A stretch of 64,000 nt of DNA. Source: Macrostomum lignano. Its lineage: Eukaryota. Positions 11,568 to 25,200 of this stretch are shown one piece after another. The number at the start of each line of letters is the position of its first letter. The first letter of the stretch is position 1. The translations under genes were made by a program, and so were the position numbers. Where the stretch lies: positions 175,553 to 239,552 of the forward strand of contig NIVC01000597.1 in NCBI GenBank assembly GCA_002269645.1. Direction: 5' to 3'. Below the pieces are notes generated by a model that was not told where the DNA came from, did not search any database, and worked only from the letters and a program-made list of their open reading frames with translations.

Positions 11568-13089
11568 CTGAAATCATTTAACCATAGTCAATGATATGAA
11601 TAGTGACAATTTAATAATGAATAATAGTTGCCAAATATTGATGCTATAGAAATCTATGGCATCATTGATTAGCCTCTTATTTCAGCAAATAAACTTATCA
11701 GATTAAGGGCTATTGTTGTTAAAATTAAATTTACAATTAAATTGATGTTGCTAAAAAGATGAATGCAGCAAAAGGATTATATCACCTAATAAGTCTAACC
11801 ATTTAGTAAATTCAAAAATGCTGTTGCTTTTGTTTCTGCAGAAGAACCTTCCACATATGCAATACTAATGGCATGCTGTGGTAAAATGAAGAAAGCAGTA
11901 GTTTTCAATGCTTAACTTCTTAGCTACCAAATAACTAACTAATATAAACTGTATTTACATGCTTACAATAGACAAATGCATTTATCATGGAAATATTTAT
12001 ATATCTAGAAAGAAAGCAATATAATCAAGTGATATCATAGGAAAAATGCAATCAACTTTTTTCATAGCCTAAAAATATAGCTTAAACTATTTTGTTAAAT
12101 TATTTTTTTCCAAATAACAATTTTCAGGTAATAATTAAAGCTTTTACTTTGATTTTGGCTATTGAAAATAGGACCAAAAGAGCTGGGATTCCCTATTAGA
12201 ATACTTTTCAAAAACATGAAGACACCGACGAATTTTAGGTGTTCTGTGTTACACTAATACCCTTTTTTCAAGGTGCACTAGATAGTAGACACCTAGTTAG
12301 ATTTATATAGATAGGCACATTACTCTACATAAGCAATTTTTTTCAAGATATACTGACTAGACTAGACACTTGATTCTAACATTCTTATATTGCACCACCA
12401 TTAGAATGCAGATCATGATCTGCATTTAAATTATCTGCACTATCAATATGCTAGATTTTCTAAGCTATGCCAAATCTAAAATAAAAAAATTGCATAGGAT
12501 GATATCTATAAAAAGTGCTAGTTAGTGCAAAAGGGTTGCAACATTAGAACTGCCCTAGGCCTAGCAACAACTGACAATAATAAAAGATTAGGTACTACTT
12601 TAGTGGTTGATAAAAATGCTAAATTCACTTTGTCAACAAGACTAATAATGATAAGATTAAATTAAAGCCAACTTATATAGTGATATCTATTATTATAGAT
12701 ATATTATCTATAGGATATAATAGCAAGGATTTCTTATTGAACTTGATTATCAAAGCCACCTAGTGCTAACTAGACCAACTAATAAACATCGCAGTGAGCA
12801 TAGGCATAGTCACATACACAAGACTAGGCCTATTATGCTCTGTGCCAGGCAACATTAAGGCTGCTATTTTCTATGGAGACACTAATGGGCAAGTGAGAAA
12901 GCTTCTATATTAGACATATCAACAGTTCATCTAGCTTGGCAGTCTGATGCTAATGTTTGCAATGATCTAAGACTTTGCTATAGACCTGTCTAGACTGCCT
13001 TCTATTCTATGAAGACTATTCTACAATCTAAGGCTCTGTTTGACTAACTAAAGGTATGGCACTAATTGAGATTATCCTATTATACAACA

Positions 13090-14200
13090 CTAAGACCTAG
13101 GTGCTAATAGAATGAATTATAGTTACTTTGGTAGTCGTCATTTTGGTATTATCTATTTTAATGGCAGGTTACTTTGGTGCCAAATGTAGATGGGATGTTG
13201 AGCATTTCTTTAAAGTTTTTATTAGTATTTAAAGGTTAAATTGCTATATATTAATAAAAACTAGCCAAACATTTTACTGTGATGTGAAGTGTTAGTTGTT
13301 GAGTTTATTCTTATTTTTTGTTTATTTTTTATCCTTAACTTTATGAATAAGAATGAAGAAAGACCCTGTCTGAATGAAGAAAGATCCTTAAAGAATGAAA
13401 AAATAAAGACCCTGTCAACTTAAGCTCAAAAAGTGAAGCCCAAGTGACCTATGTATACAAATAATTATCACTCTACTTATAGTGATACCAACAAGCTGGG
13501 TTTGGCAAAAAACAACAAAATTGGACTTAGGATAAGGAAGAACAATAAAGGGGATAATTAGTGACTATAATATCAACTTAATCTTATAAAGTAGAGTCCC
13601 CAATTATGCCTTTTGTTGTTATCCCATAGGCCCTATTCCAAGTCCAAATTTTATCACTTTATTCCAAACCTAGCTTTTTGGTATCACTACTATGAGTAGG
13701 ATAACTTAAAATTTTGTGTATAATGTTCATTGGCTTCTATTTTATAAGTTTAAATTAATAGGCCCATTTTGCTTTTTTGATCAGCATTTGTCAAATTATT
13801 AGATAGCAATATATTTACTTTAATCAAGTAAAGGTACAAAGCAATTGACATAATCACATACATAATTGGAGATGCAGATAATGGGGTGATCATACAATCT
13901 AATACAAGTATATCACTGTTGACAAAACGCATTGAGAATATAGACTAAAGTATAGGCCTATATGTTTTGAAATTAGTTGCTTAGCAACATTGAATTTCAA
14001 AAGTAAAGGGTATTTCAAAAAGAATGAAAAAATAATTAATTAACTAATTAATTATTTAATATTAACTTTTAGAAACCCTAATAAACTTTTAAACAAATGT
14101 TTAATGCTTCATACACATTTGGTACCAAAGTAATGTAATACCAAAATGGATGACACTAAAATCATTATTACCAAAATAATTATTTCCAATAGGCCCTAGA
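13090..14200. mobile_element. Degenerate AT-rich inverted-repeat (foldback/MITE-like) element with a nested inner inverted repeat at ~13466-13710
   Basis: Outer arms ~13090-13260 and ~14040-14195 align as reverse complements (TTACTTTGGTGCCAAATGT vs ACATTTGGTACCAAAGTAA). Inner arms TAGTGATACCAACAAGCTGGGTTTGG vs CCAAACCTAGCTTTTTGGTATCACTA. No TSD resolved. Confidence 0.5.
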
Positions 14201-16298
14201 ATCATTTAGACTGTAGATTAAGGTAGGATAAACACTGGCCTAATACTTGGCACCTTGAAGATTAGCTATGAGCATGTTACTAGTAGTCAGTCCAATATAT
14301 TAGCTAGGCTTATCAATATACCTATACTGTCTATACATAAGCTTATTATTCCTAGGGATAGTGAAAGTGTGTTCCTAGATATAGGCCTAATTTTGATTTA
14401 TTACAAATAAAATACAATAGATACTTGATTTTAAGGGGCATAAAAGAATTCTGTTACTGTCAATAGTTTTATTATTGAGCTATTTAGAAATCTATATATT
14501 TGTTTGGACTTCGAATAGCAACTTCAACAAGATAGATGTCAACAAAACCCATTGTCAAATCAAGTCAAACAACTCAAAACATTATCATTGTTGCACTTTA
14601 ACTCGCATAATTATAAGCCTAATTATAATTCACTAGGCCTATTGAAATGATGTAGAATTGCATTGACCAACTAACTGCTGTGCCTAAACATTTTTTGACA
14701 TATCACTTTAGAGAAAGTGCAACAAACATTAAAAAATAGTTCAACAAATAATTTAAGAAGAATGCTGGTAATGAGATGACAATGCAATTGGACCATTGTA
14801 TAGGCCTAATAATAAATCATAAAACACCTACCTACCTATAAGCAGCAATATTAAAAAGTCGCCACCCTTTGCCCTAATAAAGTGTCTTTCGACTAGCATC
14901 TATCAGTATCACCTGTCTATTGTCTAACCATTTTTATATAAAAAAGCATAAAAACAATGAAAACCAGGCGCCGGGCGGAAGCTTTAATCCATCCAATCTT
15001 CGCCCTCTGCTCTTCCTAATCCCTCCCCACCCAGCCTAACGCTGCGTCGCGTGGCGCAAGTTGCATCACTCAAAAGTCAATACTGAGCTAGAATTCACTG
15101 CGCACTTTCGGCCGTTTCAGGTCGACTTTTAGGTTTTAATATTGATTCAGTATTACATATATATTCGAGTCCTGCGTGATTTTAGTAGTAGTAGTAGTAG
15201 TAGTAATTTTTGCTCAGGCAAAGAGCCTGTTTTGCCAGTAGGCCTATAATTCGATGTATTTAATATTTTCTCAAAAGGTTGATTATTTTTACATGAACAA
15301 TGAATACGTTACGATATTTGTATAAGTAAGGTATTTGAAAGATCGTCTAGAATTTTTTACGGTTTTTTTCGAATATTTTGGGTTATTTATGTATTTTATG
15401 TATTTTATTCAATTGCAAATTGCAAAAGCTATATAGCGAACATATAGATTCTTTATAATTAATTTAAATTACTAATATTAGAAGCTAAAAAAGTTTAACA
15501 AAATTCTAACGCTTGCTTCAAAAAAGCCAAAAAATATTGCATAATTTTTTGTCCTGAATTGTGAATTAGTTTTAAACACAATTTAATAGATAAATATCAT
15601 TTACGGTTGACATATAAGCTTCCTTGATTTTAACCGCATATTTAACTTTAAAGATACCAAACTTTTTCTTGTAGTCAGGAGTCTGCAAAAGATACTGCAG
15701 CGCATTTCAACGATCGTACAAATGTATTTGACCAAGCTATTCATCGCCAGGAGTTTTTAAATTAAATTTTTTATACTTAAGTAAGTGCGCCATTTCATAT
15801 TGCAGCGTACCTTTAAGAATGCTTGTTTAATTGCTTGTTGAACATGCTTGTTGAAAGCAGGTATACGAGCAGATATTCAGAAAGACATTCAAACAATCGT
15901 CTGTACGTCGTAACTTATTACAAAAATGTAACATATTACTAACATATTAAACAATAAAAGTTTTAGAAAATATAAAACGATCACAGCGAAAGAAAAGTAT
16001 ATGAATTATAAAGTACAGTAGTATCGAAAAATCAAGCATTTTTAAGTAGCATAATGCTGCATTTAAAGGAAAATTGTCTTTCAAATTAAGATTTTCAACT
16101 GGGTTTTTTCGTAGAGACCATTATGCCATATATACTGATTTCATTTAAATAAATAAATCATTAAAATTCATAAATTATGCCCCAGCCTAAACCTAGCGCA
16201 CATTCCCCATTCTCCCAGCCCAGATACGAGTATTCAATGTTTGATAAACAACTGAATGTCCGTTCTCTCATTTTAGATGAAGAAACTGCAGTACAAAA

Positions 16299-19200
16299 AT
16301 GGATGGTAAGTTAAACACTCATTTAAAATATTTGAGAGCATAATTGACAGCTTGGTGACCAAAACCGACTAATTCCAGACGAAATTGACGACATTTTAAA
16401 CTCGCCATCAACGAAGCGCAAAGAGGTCAGGGAATCGAAATCTCTAGACAGCTCATCGGAGCTAAGAAGGTCAACTAAGTCAGTAACTTTTGTTGACGAT
16501 AAAGACGGCTCTGATGATTCAGACGATGGAAAGCATCGCACAGAGCCAGCCGCCGGCAAAGGCGGACGCCGCGAATCCAACGATTTTGACGACGACGAGG
16601 CCGATTTGCCGCTGAGCGGCTTGGACACGCCGCGAAGCGAGGACGGCTCAGTGGCGTTCCCGGATGAGAGACCGCCGAAATCGGCGGCCGGAACGTCATC
16701 GGGTGGCGCAGCGATAGCGCCTAAGATGGGTTTCGGCCTGTTCACGACCAGCAGCACGGTGAGCGAGGAGCTGGCGCCCAAGGCTAAAAAGACGGACTTC
16801 GACAGCTTCCTGGGCAACCTGGGCGCCAGCGCGCACTCCCGGACCGTCGCTAAAGATGAAGGTTGGCCACAATCGATCATTTGTCAGATTGGTATCCGAG
16901 AATTAGACAGACAGACAGGCACTAAGACAGACACTAGGAAAGACAGACACTAAAACAGACAGACAGACGGATAGACAGTCAGACAGACAGACAAGCAGAA
17001 AGCTGCTAGTGCAAGACATTCCCTTAGAGCCAGATGGTCTGTCGCACTCGCAGACGATCTCCTGAACACCAGCGGCAGCGGCGGCAGCGCCTATCAGCCC
17101 TGGGCGAAATCGAACGCTCGACCATCCACCAGCGAGACCCTCGGCACCGATGCCCTGCTCCAAGGCGTCGATCTCACCTTGAAGAAGCGGCCGGGCACGG
17201 CGCCGGTGCCGGCTCCGGTGGCGGCTGCCGCGGCGGCAGCAGCAGGTGAAGGCAGAGGCGGCGGCGAGGGTTCGGCGAAGAAGACGCTGAGCCGCCTGCT
17301 AGTTGACGACGAAGACGACCTGTTCGCCACAGCGCCGGTGAGAACCGCGTCCCGACAGCAGAAGCAGCCGAAAGAGCAGCAGCAGCAGCTCTCTGCAACA
17401 GTGGATGCTGTCGTCTTGATGGCAGGACGCCAGAAGGCATCGCCTCCGCTGTCGCCGACTCCTACAGCGATGGCGGACGTCGAACTTCTGGCTCCGTCGA
17501 TTGTCCAGACTGGCGACACGGCCGGCGCAGCCTCCTCCGCCGCCGCTCCATCAGCAGCGATCAGTTTAGACGATGACGATAGCGCACTGCTGGCGAAGAG
17601 ACCGCCGACAGGAGCTGGGCGTCGGGCTCGCCGAACTGGCGGCGACGATCTTGCCGGACTTTTCGACAGCAGCGGCGGCGGCTCCGCGGCTGAAGATGTG
17701 AGCTTTTATTCGTCATTTATGCGTCTATTCGAGCACATGTACACATTAGGGAGCAGAGCAGCTCAGCAATAAACGCGTCTGACTCTGGCACCACGACGTC
17801 TGATTGGTTGGATTCCATTCATTTGAGGCTTGTGTGCTCAAAAATGGCGTTCAATTCACGCCCAGGAGGGCCAACTTCCAAGGCACAAAGTGACAGTGTA
17901 CATGCCTTATGATTAGAAAGTCAGGGCCGCTGTTCACCCTGTGTCACCTGCGGATATTGTTATTAATGCACACATTAGTAGTAAATCAGACATTTAGTAT
18001 AAACTGATATTATACATTATATATGTTTATCAGATTGTTAGGGCTCGATTTGTAGAAACTAACAAAATCCTGAAAGGCACGTTAGAGAAAAATGTACCAC
18101 TACCACTATTTTATCAAAGATAAAAGCTCTAAAAAACATTTAAATTAGCGCCGAAAACTCCAACAATATTAACAAAACGAATGAAATAAACTGAACAAAA
18201 AACATGAAAGGCATTTTCTTTGGACACCCCGCCGCGCGGGCGCTGGGTCCGCCCGGGCACGGCGCCAACAACAAGTTCGGAGGTGCAGCAGAAACTGCCG
18301 CAGCAGCAGCAGCGGCAGCAGCTCGCTGACGGCGGTCAGGTATGACTCAGCAGTGGAGAATTGCAAGGAGAAAAAATTGCAATAAACATGCTGTTAATAG
18401 TTTCTAAATTTTCAATGGATTCTGTGTGCCTTTCGTATACTTGAGCACCTTTTGCTTATTTGTTTCTGAAAACTCCTCGAAAACATCGCTGCCGAAAACA
18501 CCAATTGGTAATTTCCGAACACTCCAATTGGTTATTTCCGAAAACTCCAGTTGGTGTTATCTCCTAAAACTCCAATTGGTTATTTCCAAAAACTCCAATT
18601 GGTAATTTCCGAAAACTCCAATTGGTTATTTCCAAAAGCTCTAATTGGTAATTTACGAAAACTCCAATTGGTAATTTCCGAAAACTCCAATTGGTTATTT
18701 CCGAAAGCTCCAATTGGTAATTTCCAAAAGCTCTAATTGGTAATTTCCGAAAACTCCAATTGGTAATTTCCGAAAACTCCAATTGGTTATTTCCGAAAAC
18801 TCCAATTGGTTATTTCCAAAAACTCCAATTGGTAATTTCCGAAAACTCCAATTGGTAATTTCCGAAAACTCCAATTGGTTATTTCCGAAAACTCCAATTG
18901 GTTATTTCCAAAAACTCCAATTGGTTATTTCCAAAAGCTCCAATTGGTTATTTCCAAAAACTCCAATTGGTTATTTCCGAAAACTCCAATTGGTAATTTC
19001 CAAAAACTCCAGTTGGTTATTTTCCGAAAACTCCCTCCGATTCTAAAGCTTATCCTCGAAAAAACCCTCTAGTATCAGTTTCTAAGAAACAAATATTTAG
19101 CGGTGTTTTTGAATTCGTAGAGAAAAACCTATTTTTCCTTAATTGTGATTGTTAGAATCGTTGCTGCACAACTTTTTCTGCAAATAATTGAGCTATCACA

Positions 19201-22200
19201 AATTAACCTTCTGTAGTTTAGCCTGTCTTAAATGAATTTGATTCCTGGTCAGGCTTATCGTTTTTCGTCTTTCGTTCATTAAATATGTTATTTTGTTATG
19301 TAATAAAATAAATGAATCATTTAAGGCAAATCCCAAAAAAATTAATAACTAGAAAGCTAAATTAATTAATAACTAAATTAATAACAAAATTTTTAAATAA
19401 TCCTTCATAACAATAAATAATATTAAAAAGTTTAGAAATGGATAATTATTAATAATAAATAATTTAATTTGAAACTTTTAGTAAATTGATGTATAAAGAA
19501 ATTTATATTTGATGTTATACTCGTATAATTTATATATGTTAACAAAATTAGATTTCTTTCCAGAGAAGAGCTTGCGCTATTAAAAAAGTGAAAACAGGTA
19601 TTTTAAATTAAGGTACCAATAATACAATTATTAAAAGATGTAGTTTAGTTTTCAGTAAGGTATTTAGGGAACAAAAATAATAAAACCAAATACTCGTATC
19701 TTCATCTCTACATCAATAAAATTTGTTTTACTAGTTCTTACTCGAGCTCTACCCTACATTCTGAGCATATTCGCGGACTGCTCAAATCCCGAACCCTGTA
19801 CCCCCCCCCCCCAAACTCACGCCACCAGTTTCCCAGCATTCCGCTGAGCAGCGAGATGAAAATCGAATTCGAAAGCGAGATCAAGAAGCTGCGCCGGGAG
19901 CGAGACGACCTGCGACAGCACAACGAACAGCTGCAGCAGAAGCTGAAAGATGAAACTGAAAATTTGGAGGCTGCGCAGCGGAAAAAGTTAACGGACATGG
20001 AGGAGCTGTTTAAGAGAAGAGAGGAAATGTGAGCAATTTTACTAAATTGTTTAACGAAGTTCAGACGTGTATAAATGAAATCTGCTTATTGTAATCTACT
20101 GAGTATTGATATACTGGGTTACTGATCTATTTGGTATTAGGGTATCGATCTATTGGGTATTGATCTATTGGGTATTGATTTATTAGGACGTATTGATCTA
20201 TTTGGTATTGATCTATTGGGTATTGATCTATTGGGTATTGATTTATTAGGTATTGATCTATTGGGTATTGATCTATTGGGTATTGATCTATTGGGTATTG
20301 ATTTATTAGGACGTATTGATCTATTTGGTATTGATCTATTTGGTATTGATCCATTGGTATTGATCTATTGGGTATTGATTTATTAGGTATTGATCTATTG
20401 GGTATTGATCTATTGGGTATTGATCTATTGGGTATTGATCTATTGGGTATTGATTTATTAGGACGTATTGATCTACGTCAATTGATCTATTGATCTATTG
20501 ATCTCGTATTTGGTATTGATCTATTTGGTATTGATCCATTGGTATTGATCTATTGGGTATTGATCTATTGGGTATTGATCTATTGGGTATTGATCTATTG
20601 GGTATTGATCTATTGGGTATTGATCTATTGGGTATTGATTTATTAGGACGTATTGATCTATTTGGTATTGATCTATTGGGTATTGATCTATTGGGTATTG
20701 ATCTATTAGGTATTGATCTATTGGGTATTGATCTATTGGGTATTGATCTATTGGGTATTGATTTATTAGGACGTATTGATCTATTTGGTATTGATCTATT
20801 TGGTATTGATCCATTGGTATTGATCTATTGGGTATTGATCTATTGGGTATTGATCTATTGGGTATTGATCTATTGGGTATTGATCTATTGGGTATTGATC
20901 TATTGGGGTATTGATCTATTAGGACGCATTGATCTATTTGGTATTGATCTATTTGGTATTGATCTATTAAGTATTGATCTATTGGGTACTGATCTATTGG
21001 GTATTGATCTATTTGGTATTGATCTATTTGGTATTGATCCATTGGTATTGATCTATTGGGTATTGATCTGCATGTATTGGGTGCTGCCACATCTGTCTAT
21101 CGAATGCACTATTATATAATAATCTAACGGTCCCATCTGCCGCAGGCTGCTAAAAGAAAACGACCAGCTGAAGCAGAAATACCTGGACACCCAGCGGCAG
21201 GCGGACCAGGACCGGGCCAGCATGCGGTCGGACTTCAACAGGCAGATCGACGAGTTCGCGCAGGAAAAACGGCGCGAGCTCGAGCTGCTGCGCGAACAGC
21301 ATCGCAACGATGTCGAGGCGCTGCGCTCGGCCGCTCCGCACGCCGGCGCCATCAGCAACCTGGTGGACAGGCTCGGACACTTGTCCGAGAAGTTGAGCTC
21401 GCTCAGCGATCGGGAGAGCACACACAGGCTCAAGGATGAGGTTCAGCGACAAGCGGAACAGACCGACAGGCAGGCGATGCGCGAGATTCTGCAGTCGCTG
21501 AAAGGTGAGCAGTTTGAGTGAGTTGAGTATGCCCAAGATATTGTCCTAAAAGATCAAAGCTTAATAAATCAAAGCAAATAGATCAATACCCAATAGATCA
21601 ATACCCAATTGATCAATACCCAATAGATCAGTACACCAATAGATCAATACCCAATAGATCAATAACCTAATTTATGAATACACAATAGATCATTACCCTA
21701 ATAGATCAATACCCAATAGATCAGTACACCAATAGATCAATACCCCAGTAGATCAATACCCAATAGATCAATAACCAAAAGATCGATTCCCAATCGATCA
21801 ATACCCAATAAACCAAAGCAAATAGATCAATACCCCAATAGATCAATACCCAATAGATCAATACCCAATAGATCAATACCCAATAGATCAATACCCAATA
21901 GATCAATACCCAATAGATCAGTACCCAATATATCAATACTTAATAGCTCAAAACCTGGGGCAATAGATCAATACCCAATAGACCAGTATCCAATAGATCA
22001 ATACCCAATAGATCAGTATCCAATAGATCAATACCCAATAGATCAGTATCCAATCGATCAATACCCCAATAGATCAATACCCAATACATCAATACCCAAT
22101 AGATCAGTACCCAATAGATCAATACTTAATAGCTCAAAACCTGGGGCAATAGATCAATACCCAATAGACCAGTATCCAATAGATCAATACCCAATAGATC

Positions 22201-25200
22201 AGTATCCAATAGATCAATACCCAATAAATCAGTATCCAATAGATCAATACCCAATAGATCAATACCAATGGATCAATACCAAATAGATCAATACCAAATA
22301 GATCAATACTTCCTAATAGATCAATACCCAATAGATCAATACCCAATAGATCAATACCCAATAGATCAATACCCAATAGATCAATACCCAATAGATCAAT
22401 ACCAATGGATCAATACCAAATAGATCAATACCAAATAGATCAATACGTCCTAATAAATCAATACCCAATAGATCAATACCCAATAGATCAATACCCAATA
22501 GATCAATACCCAATAGATCAGTACACCAATAGATCAATACCCCAGTAGATCAATACCCAATAGATCAATAACCAAAAGATCGATTCCCAATCGATCAATA
22601 CCCAATAAACCAAAGCAAATAGATCAATACCCCAATAGATCAATACCCAATAGATCAATACCCAATAGATCAATACCCAATAGATCAATACCCAATAGAT
22701 CAATACCCAATAGATCAATACCCAATAGATCAATACCCAATAGATCAATACCCAATAGATCAGTACCCAATAGGTCAATACTTAATAGCTCAAAACCTGG
22801 GGCAATAGATCAATACCCAATAGACCAGTATCCAATAGATCAATACCCAATAGATCAGTATCCAATAGATCAATACCCAATAGATCAGTATCCAATCGAT
22901 CAATACCCCAATAGATCAATACCCAATAGATCAATACCCAATAGATCAATACCCAATAGATCAGTACCCAATAGATCAATACTTAATAGCTCAAAACCTG
23001 GGGCAATAGATCAATACCCAATAGACCAGTATCCAATAGATCAATACCCAATAGATCAGTATCCAATAGATCAATACCCAATAAATCAGTATCCAATAGA
23101 TCAATACCCAATAGATCAATACCCAATAGATCAGTATCCAATAGATCAATACCCAACAGATCAATACCCTATATATCAGTACCTGGGGCAATATACTCGT
23201 ATCAATACCTGGACGAACCCCGCAGGCCGCGTGGACGAGTCGGCCAGGTCCGAGCGCTGGCTGAGCGACCTGGCCACCCAGCTGATGGAGGAGCGCAGGA
23301 CTCTGGCAGCCGAGCGTTCCGAGCTGCGCGCCCTGAAGCTGGGCGAAGGCGCCAGGCAGGCGGACAGCGAGGCGGAGCGGCTGGCTTTGGCCGAGGAGCG
23401 GACCCGGCTGCAGCAGCTGGAAGTCCGGCTGCGGCACAGCCGCGGCGATGTGCTCCGGCAGAAGTGAGCGGCATCTGAGGGTGGGACCCGGTGGCCGGGT
23501 TGTCAGGTCACGGGTTCATTGGTTGCCGGGTTCTCAGGTCACGGGTTCATTGGTTGCCGGGTTCTCAGGTTACTGGGTTCATTAGTTGCCGGATTCATTA
23601 GGTATTGGGTCACTGGGTTCACTGGGTATTGGGTCACTGGGTTCATTAGGTATTGGGCTACAGCTACAGGGTTCAGTGGGTTTTGGGTCACTGGGTTCAT
23701 TTGGTATTGGGTTACTGGGTTCATTGGGTTTTGGGTCACTGGGTTCATTTGGTATTGGGTTACTGGGTTCATTGGGTTTTGGGTCACTGGGTTCATTTGG
23801 TATTGGGTTACTGGGTTCATTGATATCGAGCCACTGGGTTCATTGGGTATTGGGTCACTAGTTCATTGGGTATCGGGTCACTGGTTTCATTGGGTATTGG
23901 ATTACCGGATTCATTGGGTATCGGGTCACTGGTTTCATTGGGTATTGGATTACCGGATTCATTGGGTATCGGGTCACTGGTTTCATTGGGTATTGGATTA
24001 CTGGATTCATTAGGTATGGGTTTATGGGCATTAATCGCGCTAAACATAACACATGTACTTTTTATTATAAGTGCTAGCTCGTAGGATAGTATCAATGGTT
24101 CCAGTGGAGCAATGAAACAAAAGGCATTGTACAGATACATGTACATTCCTTGCAGAACAGAGCTGGAGACCCTGGCAGAGGAGTTGAAGCTCAGAGAAGA
24201 AAAGCTTAAAGACGGTCAACGATCCCTTGAAGAGCGGTTGGAGGTGAGCTATTTTGTTACACTTGAAAGTACAGAGTGTACCTTTAGTGGGAGGACGCTT
24301 CGCAAGCTCGAAATATTAAGCTAGAGAAATAGTGACCTTACAAGCGTTTTAATTTGTTTTCGAGATGTGAAGCTTGTGAAGTCTGTAGCTTGTGAAGTCT
24401 GTAGCTTGTGAAGTCTGTAGCTTGTGAAGTCTGTAGCTTGTGAAGTCTGTAGCTTGTGAAGTCTGTAGCTTGTGAAGTCTGTAGCTTGTGAAGTCTGTAG
24501 CTTGTGAAGTCTGTAGCTTGTGAAGTCTGTAGCTTGTGAAGTCTGTAGCTTGTGAAGTCTGTAGCTTGTGAAGTCTGTAGCTTGTGAAGTCTGTAGCTTG
24601 TGAAGTCTGTAGCTTGTGAAGTCTGTAGCTTGTGAAGTCTGTAGCTTGTGAAGTCTGTAGCTTGTGAAGTCTGTAGCTTGTGAAGTCTGTAGCTTGTGAA
24701 GTCTGTAGCTTGTGAAGTCTGTAGCTTGTGAAGTCTGTAGCTTGTGAAGTCTGTAGCTTGTGAAGTCTGTAGTTTGTGAAGCCTGTAGCTTGTGAAGTCT
24801 GTAGCTTGTGAAGTCTGTAGCTTGTGAAGTCTGTAGCTTGTGAAGTCTGTAGCTTGTGAAGTCTGTAGCTTGTGAAGTCTGTAGCTTGTGAAGTTTGTGG
24901 CTTGTGAAGTCTGTAGCTTGTGAAGTCTGTAGCTTGTGAAGTCTGTAGCTTGTGAAGTCGGTAGCTTGTGAAGTCTGTAGCTTGTGAAGTCTGTAGCTTG
25001 TGAAGTCTGTAGCTTGTGAAGCTGTAGCTTGTGAAGGGGACCACTTGGATAATAAAAGTACATTATATAAATTTGCTCCAGATTGTTTCCCGGCGCGAGA
25101 AGGCGCAACGTGAGCAGCAGGCGCGCCTGGAGGCTGCCGCAGTGGAGCAGGCGGAGCAGGCCAAGCGGGCGGACGGCATGCAGTCTCGGCTGGCCGAGCT

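Noticed and set aside
16323-17519. Antisense ORFs over GC-rich exons (also 21053-21536, 38308-38790, 48662-49204, 61505-61912)
   Set aside because: Shadow ORFs caused by the codon bias of the real genes on the opposite strand.
17775-17915. Open stretch (DSGTTTSDWLDS...) in FBF1 intron 3 as an alternative exon
   Set aside because: No AG acceptor in front of it that avoids an in-frame stop; flanking exons join in phase without it.
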